Positions 36,567 through 46,965 are shown, numbered from the stretch's first letter. The stretch is 53,190 nt of DNA from an uncultured Paraprevotella sp. (GCA_964412085.1 CAYPMY010000001.1:1-53190); one strand, 5' to 3'. The notes: a model not told the origin generated them from the sequence alone. Numbers and translations: made by a program.

Positions 36567-39296
36567 ATGAAAGTCGGAACAGTTTGGAGGAAAGTCGCGC
36601 TGGGCTTGGGGCTGTTGGCCTTTTTGCAGGCACAGGCGCAGAAAAGGGTCTTCGTTCATCCGGGCATCACTTATACGCGGGCGGACTTGGACCGGATGAG
36701 AGCGATGGTGGAAGCCCGGCAGGAACCGTTTTATACCACGTTCCAGCAAATGTTGAAAGACGGGTACTCTCAAATCGGCGACGGCAATTACCCGGACGTC
36801 ACGCAAATCGGGGAGGGAAGGTTCAATGCGACCATCGGGTCCGACGGCCGCCGCGCCCATGACATGGCGTTGCTTTACCACATCACGGGAAACAAGGCTT
36901 ACGCCGACGACGCCGTGAAAAGGTTGAACCGGTACAATCATCTGGTGAACGCCAGCAGCCGCGGGACTGCGCCCCTCGACAACGGCAAGATATATATGCT
37001 GATAGAGGCGGCCGAGCTGCTGCGTGACTATGAAGGATGGCGCCCCGAAGACCAGGAGGCCTTCAAGAAGATGCTGGTCTATCCGTTTTACAGCACCAAG
37101 GTGGCGGCGGATTCCCACAAGTCGTCGGTTGACGACGAGAACGGAGTGTCCTTCTATTGGAACATTTACGACTTCGACCCGGGACGTTTCGGCAACCAGG
37201 GGCTGTTCGCGGCCCGCGGCTTGATGGCCATGGGGATTTACCTGGACAATGACACGATATACGACAGAGCCTACCGGTACCTGGCCTGCCTGCCGGGGCG
37301 CGAGGACGATTTGCCTTATCGGCCGGGTCCCCCGGTGCAGGACAGCCTGATCAGCGAAGACGAGTTCAAGCGGGATTACGATGTCACGTGGCCCGACGAG
37401 GGAGAAGAATACCATTCCGACGAGGCGTTGCGTTACTATATTTATCGCAACGGCCAGTGCCAGGAGTCTTGCCGCGACCAGTCGCACACGATGGGAGGCA
37501 TCGGGAATTATACGGCAATCGCGGAAATGGCCTGGAATCAGGGGGACTCCTTGTATGGATGGCTCGACGACAGGATACTGAAAGGAATCGAATTCAGCAT
37601 CCGGTACAACCTTTCTGCCGTCGAGTCTTTTCCCGACCAGGCGCGGCCGTGGGAACCTTCCGCTTATACGCCCGACGAGGAAGACTGCACTTTCGAGAAC
37701 GGCAAGTTCTACCAAGCCGTAAGCCGTTCCAAGCGCTGGGAAGCCAAGGGCATGTCTTCTGTCGGCAGAGGCGAGGTGTTCGGCACCGGCGGCTGGAAGA
37801 CGCAGGCGCTGGAGCATTACCGGGTCCGGGCGGGAGTGCCCGCGGACGGTTATGTCTGGCTTCAACGGGCATACGACAAGATGATGGCGGACTACGGGCA
37901 TGAGAACTGGGGCGTGGCTCCTAACTGGTATTACGAATGGACAGGCTGGGGGACGCTGACCAAGAAACGCACGGACTGGATGGCCGGCGATGCTGGGACA
38001 TGGGAAGAGGGACGCAGGGTGTCCGGGATGCCTGCGGCCCCGTGCGTGATAAAAGCCGCCGATTACGACTTTTACACGGGGGACGGGGAGATGCACACGT
38101 ACCATAATGTCGGAAAGGAACGGTCGTCGGTTTATCGGACGGACGGCACGGTGGAGATAGGGGAAGAGGGGGAGGACGTCTACGTGAAAGGCATGGAACA
38201 CGGAGAATGGATGAGTTATACCCTGGTGTTCCCCGCGCCGGACGACAACATGGAGGCGGATGTGGAAAAGCGGTATAACGTGTATGCCACCTACCGGAGC
38301 CGGTCCGCCGGGGCGAAGCTGTTCGTGGCCGTCGACGGGGGCAAAAGGAAAGGGAAAGAGCTCCGGCCTTCCGAAGGTTGGACGGAAAAGCTGCTGGGAA
38401 CGCTGGCCGTCAGGTGCGGGGCCGCCGTGCTGAGGGTGTACGTGCAAGGGGAATGCCAGGACCTGGATTTGAAGGAACTCCGCGTCGCGCCTTTGGAGAA
38501 GTCGGAACTCAAGCCGGTGGACATAAAAGGGAAAGCCGTGGCGGTGAACGTATATGACGCGAACGGGAACGACAAGACCGAAGAGTCGGTGGCCGCCCTC
38601 GACGCGGCCACCGACGGCGTCAAGGACAAGCCCATAGGACTGAAACACCAGTATTTCCTGGTGTACGACTTCGGGGAGGAGGGCTTGGAGATGAACAGGC
38701 TTTCTTGCTATAACGACGGGACGACGCAGGACACGAGGGAACAGATGAAGGTCTTGGGCAACACTTCCGGAGGGGCGTACGAGGAGCCGTGGAACCAGTC
38801 GGAAGCGAAGGATGTCTTGCGCACCAATGGGAGAATTTATGACGGGATTCCCGTGTTGGAGAACGCTTGGCTCACCGAGGGAGGCGCGGTGGGCAGCTAT
38901 ACCGTGGGCCCCGTGGGAAAGTACAGGTACCTGTCTGTGTACAACTGGTCCGCCGCCTGCAACATATCCGAGCTTGAGGTTTGGTCCAATGCGGATACGG
39001 TGGAAGAGGAAGAGGACGACGAGCCGTCGGCCGAGTGGGAAGACGGTGGAGACGGGGTCAAGGGGACAGTTCCCCCTCCGGCCCCGTCGGTGTCGGTCTT
39101 TCCCGCGGGACGGTGCATTTGCATTTACGCTTCCGAAGATGCGGGGTTCAGCGTGTCGGGCGTCGACGGCAGGGTCGTCGGGCGCGGGCGCGTGTCGGGC
39201 GGCAACCCGTTCCGCGAGGAACTGCCGCCGGGGGCGTACATGGTGCGCGTCGAAGCGCGGGGAAAGGTCTATGTGCGGAAGGTCTTGTTGCGTTGA
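36567..39296 (+). CDS. Alginate-lyase-family (PF05426-like) domain + CBM6-like module + T9SS CTD
   Basis: Signal peptide ending QAQA. FVHPGITYT..DLDRM and GQCQESCRDQSH...AEMAWNQG. CBM6-like DYDF..G..YH..YRTDG.VEI..GEWMSYT. C-terminal VDGRVV...LPPGAYMVRV...RKVLLR. Confidence 0.78.
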   Translation: MKVGTVWRKVALGLGLLAFLQAQAQKRVFVHPGITYTRADLDRMRAMVEARQEPFYTTFQQMLKDGYSQIGDGNYPDVTQIGEGRFNATIGSDGRRAHDMALLYHITGNKAYADDAVKRLNRYNHLVNASSRGTAPLDNGKIYMLIEAAELLRDYEGWRPEDQEAFKKMLVYPFYSTKVAADSHKSSVDDENGVSFYWNIYDFDPGRFGNQGLFAARGLMAMGIYLDNDTIYDRAYRYLACLPGREDDLPYRPGPPVQDSLISEDEFKRDYDVTWPDEGEEYHSDEALRYYIYRNGQCQESCRDQSHTMGGIGNYTAIAEMAWNQGDSLYGWLDDRILKGIEFSIRYNLSAVESFPDQARPWEPSAYTPDEEDCTFENGKFYQAVSRSKRWEAKGMSSVGRGEVFGTGGWKTQALEHYRVRAGVPADGYVWLQRAYDKMMADYGHENWGVAPNWYYEWTGWGTLTKKRTDWMAGDAGTWEEGRRVSGMPAAPCVIKAADYDFYTGDGEMHTYHNVGKERSSVYRTDGTVEIGEEGEDVYVKGMEHGEWMSYTLVFPAPDDNMEADVEKRYNVYATYRSRSAGAKLFVAVDGGKRKGKELRPSEGWTEKLLGTLAVRCGAAVLRVYVQGECQDLDLKELRVAPLEKSELKPVDIKGKAVAVNVYDANGNDKTEESVAALDAATDGVKDKPIGLKHQYFLVYDFGEEGLEMNRLSCYNDGTTQDTREQMKVLGNTSGGAYEEPWNQSEAKDVLRTNGRIYDGIPVLENAWLTEGGAVGSYTVGPVGKYRYLSVYNWSAACNISELEVWSNADTVEEEEDDEPSAEWEDGGDGVKGTVPPPAPSVSVFPAGRCICIYASEDAGFSVSGVDGRVVGRGRVSGGNPFREELPPGAYMVRVEARGKVYVRKVLLR

Positions 39297-39408
39297 GCCT
39301 GGCGTCAGAAGCGGAGCCGTGTCCCTGGGGGAAGCCGCGAAAAAAACATACGCTTTGACTCGCCGGCCCGTCTTGCGCCGAACGTTTTTTCATTCTCAGC
39401 CGAACGGG

Positions 39409-39456
39409 AAAAAGTTCTCTTGAGATTGTCCTTTCAATCTCAAGAGAACTTTTTTT
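39409..39456. terminator. Bidirectional Rho-independent terminator (20-bp perfect stem)
   Basis: AAAAAGTTCTCTTGAGATTG-TCCTTT-CAATCTCAAGAGAACTTTTT between convergent genes, with T-runs on both strands. Confidence 0.85.
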
Positions 39457-39634
39457 GCAATCATAACCTGTTGGAAACGTGCGTGGCGCATTTCGGATTG
39501 CCGCCTTGTGATTTCTTTACATCCGGCTTTGCCGCAAGACGGACCCGCCGTCCGCGACCGGGCGGGGGACAAGCCTCTTTCCTCCTTTAAGGGGAGGAAA
39601 GGGGCCCGGCGTCGTAAGGGGGACGATGCCCGGT

Positions 39635-40514
39635 TCACTTCATGATGTCCTTCATCCCGTCCTTCGTCAGGTTGCCGATGTTCTCGCGCATGGCCGTGTC
39701 GCCTTTCAGGTTTTCCAGCCGGTAGTAGTCCATGAAACCCATGTGTCCGTCGCGCGGCCTTGGCCTGCGCGATGTTCTTGTCGGCGTTGGCCTGGTCGAT
39801 TTGCAGGGCGGCGCCGATGTTCTTGCCCACGTCGATGTCCGCGATGTCGATGGACAGGATTTCGAAAGCCGTGCCGGCGTCCAGCCCCTTCTTGAGTACC
39901 AGCTTGGAGATGGAGTCAGGGTTCTCCAAGACCTGCTCGTGGTTTTCGGCCGACCCGATGGAAGAGACGATGCCTTCGCCCACGCGCGCCAGGATGGTGT
40001 CCTCGCCCGCGCCTCCCACGAGCTGGTGGATGTTGGCGCGGACGGTTACGCGGGCTTTCGCTATCAGCTGGATGCCGTTTTTGGCCACGGCGGCCACGGG
40101 AGGCGTGTCGATTACCTTCGGGTTGACGGAGGTCTGCACGGCCTCGAACACGTCGCGGCCTGCCAGGTCTATGGCCGTGGCCTTTTCGAAGGACAGGTTG
40201 ATGTTGGCCTTCGACGCCGAGACAAGGGCGTGCACCACGCGCTGCACGTGCCCGCCCGTCATGTAGTGGGCTTCTAAGTTGTCGCGGGTGATGTTCTTCA
40301 GGTCCGCCTTATGAGCTTCGATGAGGCTCGGCACGATGATGCCGGGCGGCACGTTGCGGATGCGCATCAGGAACAGCTGGATCAGCGAGATGTGAACGCC
40401 GGAGACCTTGGCGGAGAGCCAGAGGAAGAACGGCACGAAATGGAAGAACACCGCCAGGGCGGCGACGATGGCGACGGCGATGAATACCGGGAAAACGATT
40501 GGACTTGACAGCAT
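39635..40514 (-). pseudogene. floA: Flotillin-like protein FloA (UPF0365) with internal deletion and frameshift
   Basis: [52 protein letters not shown] and [10 protein letters not shown]. The native C-terminus ([27 protein letters not shown]...*) continues in another frame after ~39755. Confidence 0.85.
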
Positions 40515-40546
40515 GATGTAGGAAAAATTAAAGGGTGAATGTATGT

Positions 40547-41011
40547 TTATCTCTTCTTGACGGTGATGAGGGCTTCTTCCACGCGCACGACCACCACGGG
40601 AGTGCCTTCGTCCAGGAAGCCGTCGGCCGACTTGACTTCCACCAGCCGGCCTCCGATGTCCGCATTGCCGATGAGGGCCAGGCGGGTGACGGCCACTCCC
40701 TCGTCGCCGGGGCGCACGGAGAGTTGGTCTTGCGTGGCGGCCGTGGAGTCTATGGACTTGTGCAAGGAATATCTTTCCAGCGTCTTGGAGCGCAGCATCC
40801 AGTAGCCCGCGAGGACGCAGGCCACGAGCGAGGCGGCGGAAAGCCAAAGCCCGGCGGAAAGCCCGAGCCAGACAAAGGTGAAGTAGTCGGCGCACGCCAG
40901 ACAGCAGATTGCGGCGATGCCGGCCGCGCCTGTGCCCGGCAGGAGGAACAGTTCTGCCGCCGACAGGATGATGCAGAACGAAAACAGGATGACAATGACG
41001 ACGATTTCCAT
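40547..41011 (-). CDS. nfeD: NfeD-family protein (short, OB-fold), flotillin partner
   Basis: Hydrophobic N-terminus (ELFLLPG) and [16 protein letters not shown]...[18 protein letters not shown]. Lies upstream of floA. Confidence 0.85.
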   Translation of the reverse strand: MEIVVIVILFSFCIILSAAELFLLPGTGAAGIAAICCLACADYFTFVWLGLSAGLWLSAASLVACVLAGYWMLRSKTLERYSLHKSIDSTAATQDQLSVRPGDEGVAVTRLALIGNADIGGRLVEVKSADGFLDEGTPVVVVRVEEALITVKKR

Positions 41012-41028
41012 GTGAAGAGGTTGAGGTG

Positions 41029-41961
41029 TCAATAGCCCTGGCGGTATTTGCTCTCGTGCCGGTCTTCCAGCATGTTGAGGTAAGAGGCGTAGCGGCTTTC
41101 GCCGACGAGATGCTCCTCCACGGCGCGGCGCACGGCGCAGCACGGCTCATGGGTGTGCGTGCAGTCGCTGTATTTGCAGTCCGCCGAGATGCGGAAGATT
41201 TCGCGGAAGTAGTGCGCCGTTTCCCCTTTCTCGAAGTCGAACGTGCCGAATCCCTTGATGCCCGGGGTGTCGATGACGCAGCCGCCGCCGGGCAGGCTGA
41301 ACATTTCGCTGGACGTCGTGGTGTGCGTGCCCGTGTCGTGGGCGGCGGATATTTCCGCCGTCCGCAAGTCCAGGCCGGGTATCAGCGTGTTCAGCAAGGT
41401 GGATTTCCCCACGCCGGAATGGCCCGAGAGCAGGGTGGTCCGGCCTTTCAGGCTGTCGCGCAGCGCGCCGATGCCGTCGGAGCGCAAGGCGGAACACGCA
41501 TGGCAGGGATAGCCGATGGAGGCGTACAGGCGCATCATGCTTTCCATGCGACGGAGGTCGTCGGCATCGTAACAATCGGTCTTGTTGAAGACGAGCGACA
41601 CCGGGACGCGGTACGCTTCGGCGGAAGCCAGGAAACGGTCGACGAAGGTGGTGGAGGTCTCCGGGTGCCTGACGGTCACGATCAAAAAGGCCTGGTCTAC
41701 GTTGGCCGCGATGATATGGCTTTGTTTGGACAGGTTGGAGGCTTTCCGGACGATGTAGTTCTTGCGGTCCTCTATCTCCGTGATAAAGGCCGCTCCCTCT
41801 GCGTTGGCGACGATTTGCACGAAGTCGCCAACGGCCACGGGGTTGGTACTGCGTATGCCTTTCAGGCGGAAGCTGCCTTTGATTCTGGAACCGACGAGCC
41901 GGCCGTCGTCCGTGCGGACGACGCACCAGCTTCCGGTATTGCGGATGACGAGCCCTCGCAT
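41029..41961 (-). CDS. rsgA: Ribosome small subunit-dependent GTPase A
   Basis: [38 protein letters not shown] and zinc finger [14 protein letters not shown]. Confidence 0.97.
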   Translation of the reverse strand: MRGLVIRNTGSWCVVRTDDGRLVGSRIKGSFRLKGIRSTNPVAVGDFVQIVANAEGAAFITEIEDRKNYIVRKASNLSKQSHIIAANVDQAFLIVTVRHPETSTTFVDRFLASAEAYRVPVSLVFNKTDCYDADDLRRMESMMRLYASIGYPCHACSALRSDGIGALRDSLKGRTTLLSGHSGVGKSTLLNTLIPGLDLRTAEISAAHDTGTHTTTSSEMFSLPGGGCVIDTPGIKGFGTFDFEKGETAHYFREIFRISADCKYSDCTHTHEPCCAVRRAVEEHLVGESRYASYLNMLEDRHESKYRQGY

Positions 41962-42521
41962 CAGACGGTCATGATTTCCTTGTCCTTGGCCGCGTACAAG
42001 TCGTCTATCTGCTTGATATATTTGTCGTGGACTTTCTGCAGCTTGGCCTCGGCGTCCTTTTGCTCGTCTTCGGCCATGCCGTCCTTCACGGCTTTTTTCA
42101 GGGCATCGATGGCATCGCGCCGCGCGTTGCGCACGCTGACCTTCGCCGTCTCGCTTTCACCCTTGCATCTTTTGGCCAGCTGTTTGCGGCGCTCCTCGGT
42201 CAGCGACGGGATGCCGATGCGGATGATTTCGCCGTTGTTTTCCGGCATGATTCCCAATTCGGAGTTTATGATGGCCTTTTCGATGACGCGGAACATGCTT
42301 TTGTCCCACGGCTTGATGGCGATGCTTCGGGCATCGGGCGTGTGGACGGATGCCACGTTGCTGATGGGCACCATGGTTCCGTAGGAATCCACGCGGATGC
42401 CGTCGAGCAGACGGACGTCCGCCTTTCCCGCACGGATGTGCGCCAAGGCTTCGTCCAGATGCGTTACCGCCATGTCCATTTTCTCCCGGGCCTCGTCGAG
42501 GATAGTCTTTGAATCTGCCAT
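41961..42521 (-). CDS. frr: Ribosome recycling factor
   Basis: [21 protein letters not shown] and [11 protein letters not shown]. Confidence 0.98.
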   Translation of the reverse strand: MADSKTILDEAREKMDMAVTHLDEALAHIRAGKADVRLLDGIRVDSYGTMVPISNVASVHTPDARSIAIKPWDKSMFRVIEKAIINSELGIMPENNGEIIRIGIPSLTEERRKQLAKRCKGESETAKVSVRNARRDAIDALKKAVKDGMAEDEQKDAEAKLQKVHDKYIKQIDDLYAAKDKEIMTV

Positions 42522-42572
42522 AATCTGTCTTTCCGTTAAGATGGTATGATGATACTATGATATTTCGGGAAA

Positions 42573-42604
42573 CAAAAGTAACGGATTTTTTGTTTACCTG
42601 CAAT
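42573..42604 (-). promoter_or_regulatory. sigma-A promoter upstream of frr
   Basis: Minus strand ATTG-N20-TACTTTTG, with the -7 box at 42573-80. Confidence 0.65.
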
Positions 42605-42752
42605 AAAACGGAGTAGGAATTATCGGAAAAAACTTCTTGCGCGGCGCCCGTTTGCTTCTTGCCCGTTCTTCCCCTTGCCGCAACGCCCGTCATGCGCGTG
42701 GCGTGACGGGCGTCGCGGCTCATTCTCCGGCAGTCCCGGGGCGGATGCCGGG

Positions 42753-43463
42753 TCAGCCGTGTACCAAAGTCCCGATGTCTTCCCCCTCCATCACTTTTTT
42801 CAGGTTGCCGTACACGTCCATGTTGAAGACGTAGACGGGCAGGCTGTTTTCCTTGCACATCGCGGTCGCGGTGAGGTCCATTACTTTCAGGCCTTTGCGG
42901 TAGACTTCGTCGTATGTGATTTCGCTGTACTTCGTGGCCGCGGGATCTTTTTCGGGGTCGGTCGTGTACACGCCGTCCACGCGCGTCCCTTTAAGCATCA
43001 CGTCGGCTTCGGTTTCAATGCCGCGCAGCGACGAGCCCGTGTCGGTCGTGAAGTAGGGGTTGCCCGTGCCTGCGCTCATGATGACCACTTCTCCGGCCTC
43101 CATGTATTCGACGGCTTTCCGTTTGCTGTAAAACTCGCCGATGGGCTCCATGCGGATGGCGGTCAGCACACGGTTCCTCACGCCGATGGCTTCCAGCGCG
43201 CTGCTCAGCCCGAGCGAGTTGATGACCGTGGCGCACATGCCCATTTGGTCGCCTTTGACACGGTCGAATCCCTTTCCCGCCCCGCCCAGGCCGCGGAAAA
43301 TGTTGCCGCCCCCGATGACGATGCCGATTTGCACGCCCATGTCGTGCACGTCCTTGATTTGCTCCGCATATTCGGCCAGTCGCTTTTCGTCGATGCCGTA
43401 GCGTTGTTCTCCCATGAGGCTCTCGCCGCTCAGCTTGAGGAGTATTCTTTTGAATTTAGCCAT
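42753..43463 (-). CDS. pyrH: UMP kinase
   Basis: RILLKLSGE, IGGGNIFRG, GTGNPYFTTD and VMDLTA. Confidence 0.98.
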   Translation of the reverse strand: MAKFKRILLKLSGESLMGEQRYGIDEKRLAEYAEQIKDVHDMGVQIGIVIGGGNIFRGLGGAGKGFDRVKGDQMGMCATVINSLGLSSALEAIGVRNRVLTAIRMEPIGEFYSKRKAVEYMEAGEVVIMSAGTGNPYFTTDTGSSLRGIETEADVMLKGTRVDGVYTTDPEKDPAATKYSEITYDEVYRKGLKVMDLTATAMCKENSLPVYVFNMDVYGNLKKVMEGEDIGTLVHG

Positions 43464-43482
43464 AATAAAAAATGTTGGTCGG

Positions 43483-44289
43483 TCAAAGCACGGACGGGGC
43501 GGACGGGGCCGCGCCCGACGGTATCAGGTGGCTCACTTCCTTGAAGGCATATCTCCGCGTGATGCCGTCCCTGTCGGTCAGGACCAGATGCCCGGTAGGT
43601 TCCACGTCGTGGATTTCAGCCTCGAAAACGCCGTCCGCGTCCTGATAAAGGTGGAAGCCGTCGCGCCGGTAAAGCCGTTCCCGGTAGCCGCGGGCGATGT
43701 CCTCGGCTTTGCCTTGTCGGATTTCCCGGTAATAATCCTTGAAACGTTTGACGATGTCGGCCAGGACGAACACCGGTTCTTGTTCTTTCCCCGTGATTAG
43801 CCTGAGCGAGGCCGGGTTGGGGGCGCCGCCGCGGAACGTCCGTTGGTTTATATTGACGCCGGCTCCTATGATGCAGCTCTCGATGCACCGCCCTGCAAGG
43901 GTGTTCTCGACGAGTATGCCGCAGACTTTCCGGTCTTTCCAGTAGATGTCGTTCGGCCATTTGATGCGGATGTCTTCGGCGTAGCCGGACAACGTTTCGC
44001 AGACAGACAGCGCCGCGGCCTGGGAGAGGATGAATTGCCGATTGGCTTCCACCTCGCGGGGATGGAAGAGCAGGCCGAACAAGAGGTTCTTGCCGGGCTC
44101 CGACTCCCAAGAGTTTCCGGCTTGCCCGCGTCCTGCCGTCTGGAAGTCGGCCGTAACCAGGACCATTTCTTTCGGGGAGACGGGGCGATAATGTTTCAGG
44201 AAATCGATGGTGGAGCCTGTCGAGCGGAGCCGTATCCATTCGAACCACGGCGAATCGTCCAATGTGTAAAGGGAATGCGTCATGTCCAA
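43483..44289 (-). CDS. birA: Biotin--[acetyl-CoA carboxylase] ligase
   Basis: QTAGRGQAGNSWES, IKWPNDIY, KVCGILVEN and IGAGVNINQ. The start could be 44283. Confidence 0.93.
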   Translation of the reverse strand: MDMTHSLYTLDDSPWFEWIRLRSTGSTIDFLKHYRPVSPKEMVLVTADFQTAGRGQAGNSWESEPGKNLLFGLLFHPREVEANRQFILSQAAALSVCETLSGYAEDIRIKWPNDIYWKDRKVCGILVENTLAGRCIESCIIGAGVNINQRTFRGGAPNPASLRLITGKEQEPVFVLADIVKRFKDYYREIRQGKAEDIARGYRERLYRRDGFHLYQDADGVFEAEIHDVEPTGHLVLTDRDGITRRYAFKEVSHLIPSGAAPSAPSVL

Positions 44290-44295
44290 AATGTT

Positions 44296-44679
44296 CTAAT
44301 CGCGTTGCAGGCCGGACAGCGGCGGGTAAAAGGCGTCTTCTATGTGCCTTATCCGGGGGAGCCCGTTCCCTCCCGCCACGACGGTGATAAGGTCGAAGCG
44401 TACCGGGAGGTCGATGGCGTATTCGCGCAGGTAGGCGTCGGCGGAACTGACGATGCGTTGTATTTTCCCGCTTGTGACGGCATCTTCGGGAGAGCCGAAC
44501 AAGACGCCTTTCCTGGTTTTCACCTCCACGAAGACCACCGTGCCGTCTTTTTCAGCCACGATGTCCAGCTCCTTGTGTCCGTGCCTCCAGTTCCTGTGGC
44601 GGATGACATAACCTTCTGATTGCAGATGGTTCGCAGCCAGCAGTTCTCCCTCTTTTCCTGTTTCGTTGTGTGCGGCCAT
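44296..44679 (-). CDS. yraN: YraN family protein (UPF0102)
   Basis: MAAHNETGKEGE.LA, RNWR..HKELDIVA, VFVEVKTR and RFDLI. Confidence 0.93.
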   Translation of the reverse strand: MAAHNETGKEGELLAANHLQSEGYVIRHRNWRHGHKELDIVAEKDGTVVFVEVKTRKGVLFGSPEDAVTSGKIQRIVSSADAYLREYAIDLPVRFDLITVVAGGNGLPRIRHIEDAFYPPLSGLQRD

Positions 44680-44706
44680 TACTCGGTTCGTTGGGTTCCC
44701 GGGTTG

Positions 44707-44754
44707 CAAATTTATTAAAAATATTGGTGGATCATCGCAGAAATCCTACTTTTG
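44707..44754. promoter_or_regulatory. Back-to-back divergent sigma-A promoters (yraN / tadA)
   Basis: Minus-strand TAAATTTG at 44707-14. Plus-strand TTG-N20-TACTTTTG at 44724-54. Confidence 0.65.
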
Positions 44755-44762
44755 CATGAATT

Positions 44763-45227
44763 ATGAATCGTGAAGGTGTGGCAGACGATGCTTTTTTCAT
44801 GAGAAAAGCGCTGGAAGAGGCGCGGCGGGCTTACGAAGAGGACGAGATTCCGGTAGGGGCCGTCGTCGTTTGCGGCGACCGTATCCTGGCCCGCGCGCAT
44901 AACCTGACGGAAACGCTGACGGATGTGACCGCCCATGCCGAGATGCAGGCGGTTACGGCGGCTGCCAATGCCTTGGGCGGGAAGTATCTGGACGAATGCA
45001 CGCTTTATGTGACCTTGGAGCCGTGCGTGATGTGTGCGGGAGCCATCGGGTGGGCACAGGTGAAACGTCTGGTCTACGGGGCGCCGGACGGGAAAAGAGG
45101 GTACAAGACGTTCGCGCCGCAAGCCGTGCATCCGCGGACGGAAGTGGTGGGCGGCGTGATGGCAGACGAGGCCGTCGCTTTGCTGAAAGACTTCTTCAAA
45201 AGGAAACGCCGGTCTCCTTTCACTTGA
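44763..45227 (+). CDS. tadA: tRNA adenosine(34) deaminase / nucleoside deaminase
   Basis: EIPVGAVVV, TAHAEM and LYVTLEPCVMCAGA. Confidence 0.92.
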   Translation: MNREGVADDAFFMRKALEEARRAYEEDEIPVGAVVVCGDRILARAHNLTETLTDVTAHAEMQAVTAAANALGGKYLDECTLYVTLEPCVMCAGAIGWAQVKRLVYGAPDGKRGYKTFAPQAVHPRTEVVGGVMADEAVALLKDFFKRKRRSPFT

Positions 45228-45486
45228 TTTCTTCGTAGTCCACATATTCCCCCTCGTTGTCGTCGAATATTTTGCGCGAGCTTCGGGACGAGGAGCGAGG
45301 ACGGCCCCGCGACGCGGTTTGCCCGCGGGCGTTGCCGGAAGAGGACTGTCGCTTGCGCCCTTTGGGAGAAAATGAGGACATGATGTCCCGCACTCTTCCG
45401 GCTATGCTGAGAACCATGGAGAGCAGGAATGCGAAAAAGACGAAAAGCAAACCGAACAGACATCCGAAAGTACCTGCCATAGACAT
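45220..45486 (-). CDS. Small membrane protein, DUF4834-like
   Basis: N-terminal TM helix and C-terminal KIFDDNEGEYVDYEEIK, typical of the Bacteroidales gene downstream of pssA. Confidence 0.75.
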   Translation of the reverse strand: MSMAGTFGCLFGLLFVFFAFLLSMVLSIAGRVRDIMSSFSPKGRKRQSSSGNARGQTASRGRPRSSSRSSRKIFDDNEGEYVDYEEIK

Positions 45487-45534
45487 TGTCTTTTATCTTC
45501 GTTGCCGGGCGTGGGGACGAGAATCATTCCAAAA

Positions 45535-46248
45535 TCAATGCGCCTTCTGCCGCGAGGTCAGGACGGAAAGAATGACGTACCATGCGATGATGGCTGCGAA
45601 GCAACTGACTCCCAAGAAGATAATCAAGGGAATGCAAGTCAAGATGAAGACGAACCTGACTTTATTGCCTTGCCAAGAAAGATCCTTGAACTTGAGGGAG
45701 AACATGGGTATCTCCGCCACCATGAGGAAGCAGGACAGCAACATGGACATGAAAAGGAAGAAAGCGTTGAACCTTCCCGAAGCCAGGAAGCCGTGGTTGC
45801 CCGCAATCAGCGAAGCCCAGAACAAGGTGTTGGCCGGGGCCGGCACGCCGATGAAAGACGAAGTCTGCCGCGTGTCGATATTGAACTTGGCCAGCCGCAG
45901 GGCCGAAAACGCCGCCATAAGGAAGGCCGTGTAGGGTATCACGCCGCGTAGCGGCTCCATGAAACCGGGGTAGGCCGCCTGATGGAACAGGCGGAACATC
46001 ATGGCCGAGGGGGCTACGCCGAAGGTCACCGCGTCCGCCAGCGAGTCCAGTTCCTTTCCTATGGGGGAGGATACTTTCAGCACACGAGCCGACATCCCGT
46101 CGAGGAAATCGAACACGGCGCCCGTGACAATGAGAAGGAACGCCCGAGCGTAGTCGCCGTGGAAAGCGGCGTCCGTGGCCATACAGCCGGAAATCAGGTT
46201 GCAACAAGTGATGCCGTTGGGAATCTGTCGTATGATGGAATTTCCCAT
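45535..46248 (-). CDS. pssA: CDP-diacylglycerol--serine O-phosphatidyltransferase
   Basis: IPNGITCCNL, FDFLDGMSAR, IGKELDSLADAVTFGVAP and RLAKFN. Confidence 0.95.
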   Translation of the reverse strand: MGNSIIRQIPNGITCCNLISGCMATDAAFHGDYARAFLLIVTGAVFDFLDGMSARVLKVSSPIGKELDSLADAVTFGVAPSAMMFRLFHQAAYPGFMEPLRGVIPYTAFLMAAFSALRLAKFNIDTRQTSSFIGVPAPANTLFWASLIAGNHGFLASGRFNAFFLFMSMLLSCFLMVAEIPMFSLKFKDLSWQGNKVRFVFILTCIPLIIFLGVSCFAAIIAWYVILSVLTSRQKAH

Positions 46249-46254
46249 GTACCG

Positions 46255-46941
46255 TTATAATTTGGCGATGATGGTCTCGTTGCCCACCGTCTTCTGCCCC
46301 AATTTGACGTTGACTTTGGTCCCGACCGGGAGGAAAAGGTCGACTCTTGAACCAAACTTGATGAAGCCCATGTGCTCGTCGATGTAGCAGCTTTCGTCTT
46401 CGTGGATGTAGGTCACGATGCGCCGCGCCATGGCTCCGGCAATCTGCCGCGCCATGACGAAGACCCCGTCCGGTGTCTCGATGACGACGGTGGAGCGTTC
46501 GTTCTCTATGCTGGCCTTGGGCAGCCACGCCTTGTGGAAGTTCCCGCCCTGCCGCTCCACCAGCCTTACGGTGCCGTCCACGGGAATCCAGTTGGCATGC
46601 ACGTTGGTCAAGCCCATGAAGATGGAGACCATCAGCCGGCGGTCGCGGAAGTACTCGTTCTCGTCCACCTCCTCTATCACGACTATTTTGCCGTCGGCCG
46701 GAGCCACGACAACGTTTTCCGTGTCCCCCTCGAAACGTCTGACCGGGCATCGGAAGAAATTGACCACGACGAGGTAGACGACCGTGCATACAGTCGCAGA
46801 GACGTAGAACGGGAGCTTGCATTCAAAAGCATAGTAAAGGCAGGCGTTGAACAGTAGCAACGCCCCCGCACCCGCGACGAGCGTGTGCGTTCCTTCCCGA
46901 TGTATTCTGATTTTTTTCAATTTGTCCAGGTTGCGCCCCAT
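46255..46941 (-). CDS. psd: Phosphatidylserine decarboxylase proenzyme
   Basis: FFRCP, APADGK, SIFM..NVH, RQIAG..ARRIV and cleavage site FIKFGSRVD. Confidence 0.95.
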   Translation of the reverse strand: MGRNLDKLKKIRIHREGTHTLVAGAGALLLFNACLYYAFECKLPFYVSATVCTVVYLVVVNFFRCPVRRFEGDTENVVVAPADGKIVVIEEVDENEYFRDRRLMVSIFMGLTNVHANWIPVDGTVRLVERQGGNFHKAWLPKASIENERSTVVIETPDGVFVMARQIAGAMARRIVTYIHEDESCYIDEHMGFIKFGSRVDLFLPVGTKVNVKLGQKTVGNETIIAKL

Positions 46942-46965
46942 GGAGTATTCCCCTTGTGTTACGGG

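Noticed and set aside
36480-38648. Long antisense or off-frame ORFs (e.g. 36480-38648, 20494-22251, 48677-50545, 6997-8631, 31619-33112)
   Set aside because: Shadow ORFs of well-supported genes, expected from GC-rich codon bias.
39396-41150. 584-aa ORF suggesting a long FloA fusion
   Set aside because: The N-terminal 212 aa are an off-frame read through rsgA/nfeD and the C-terminus is post-frameshift junk. The real gene starts at 40514.
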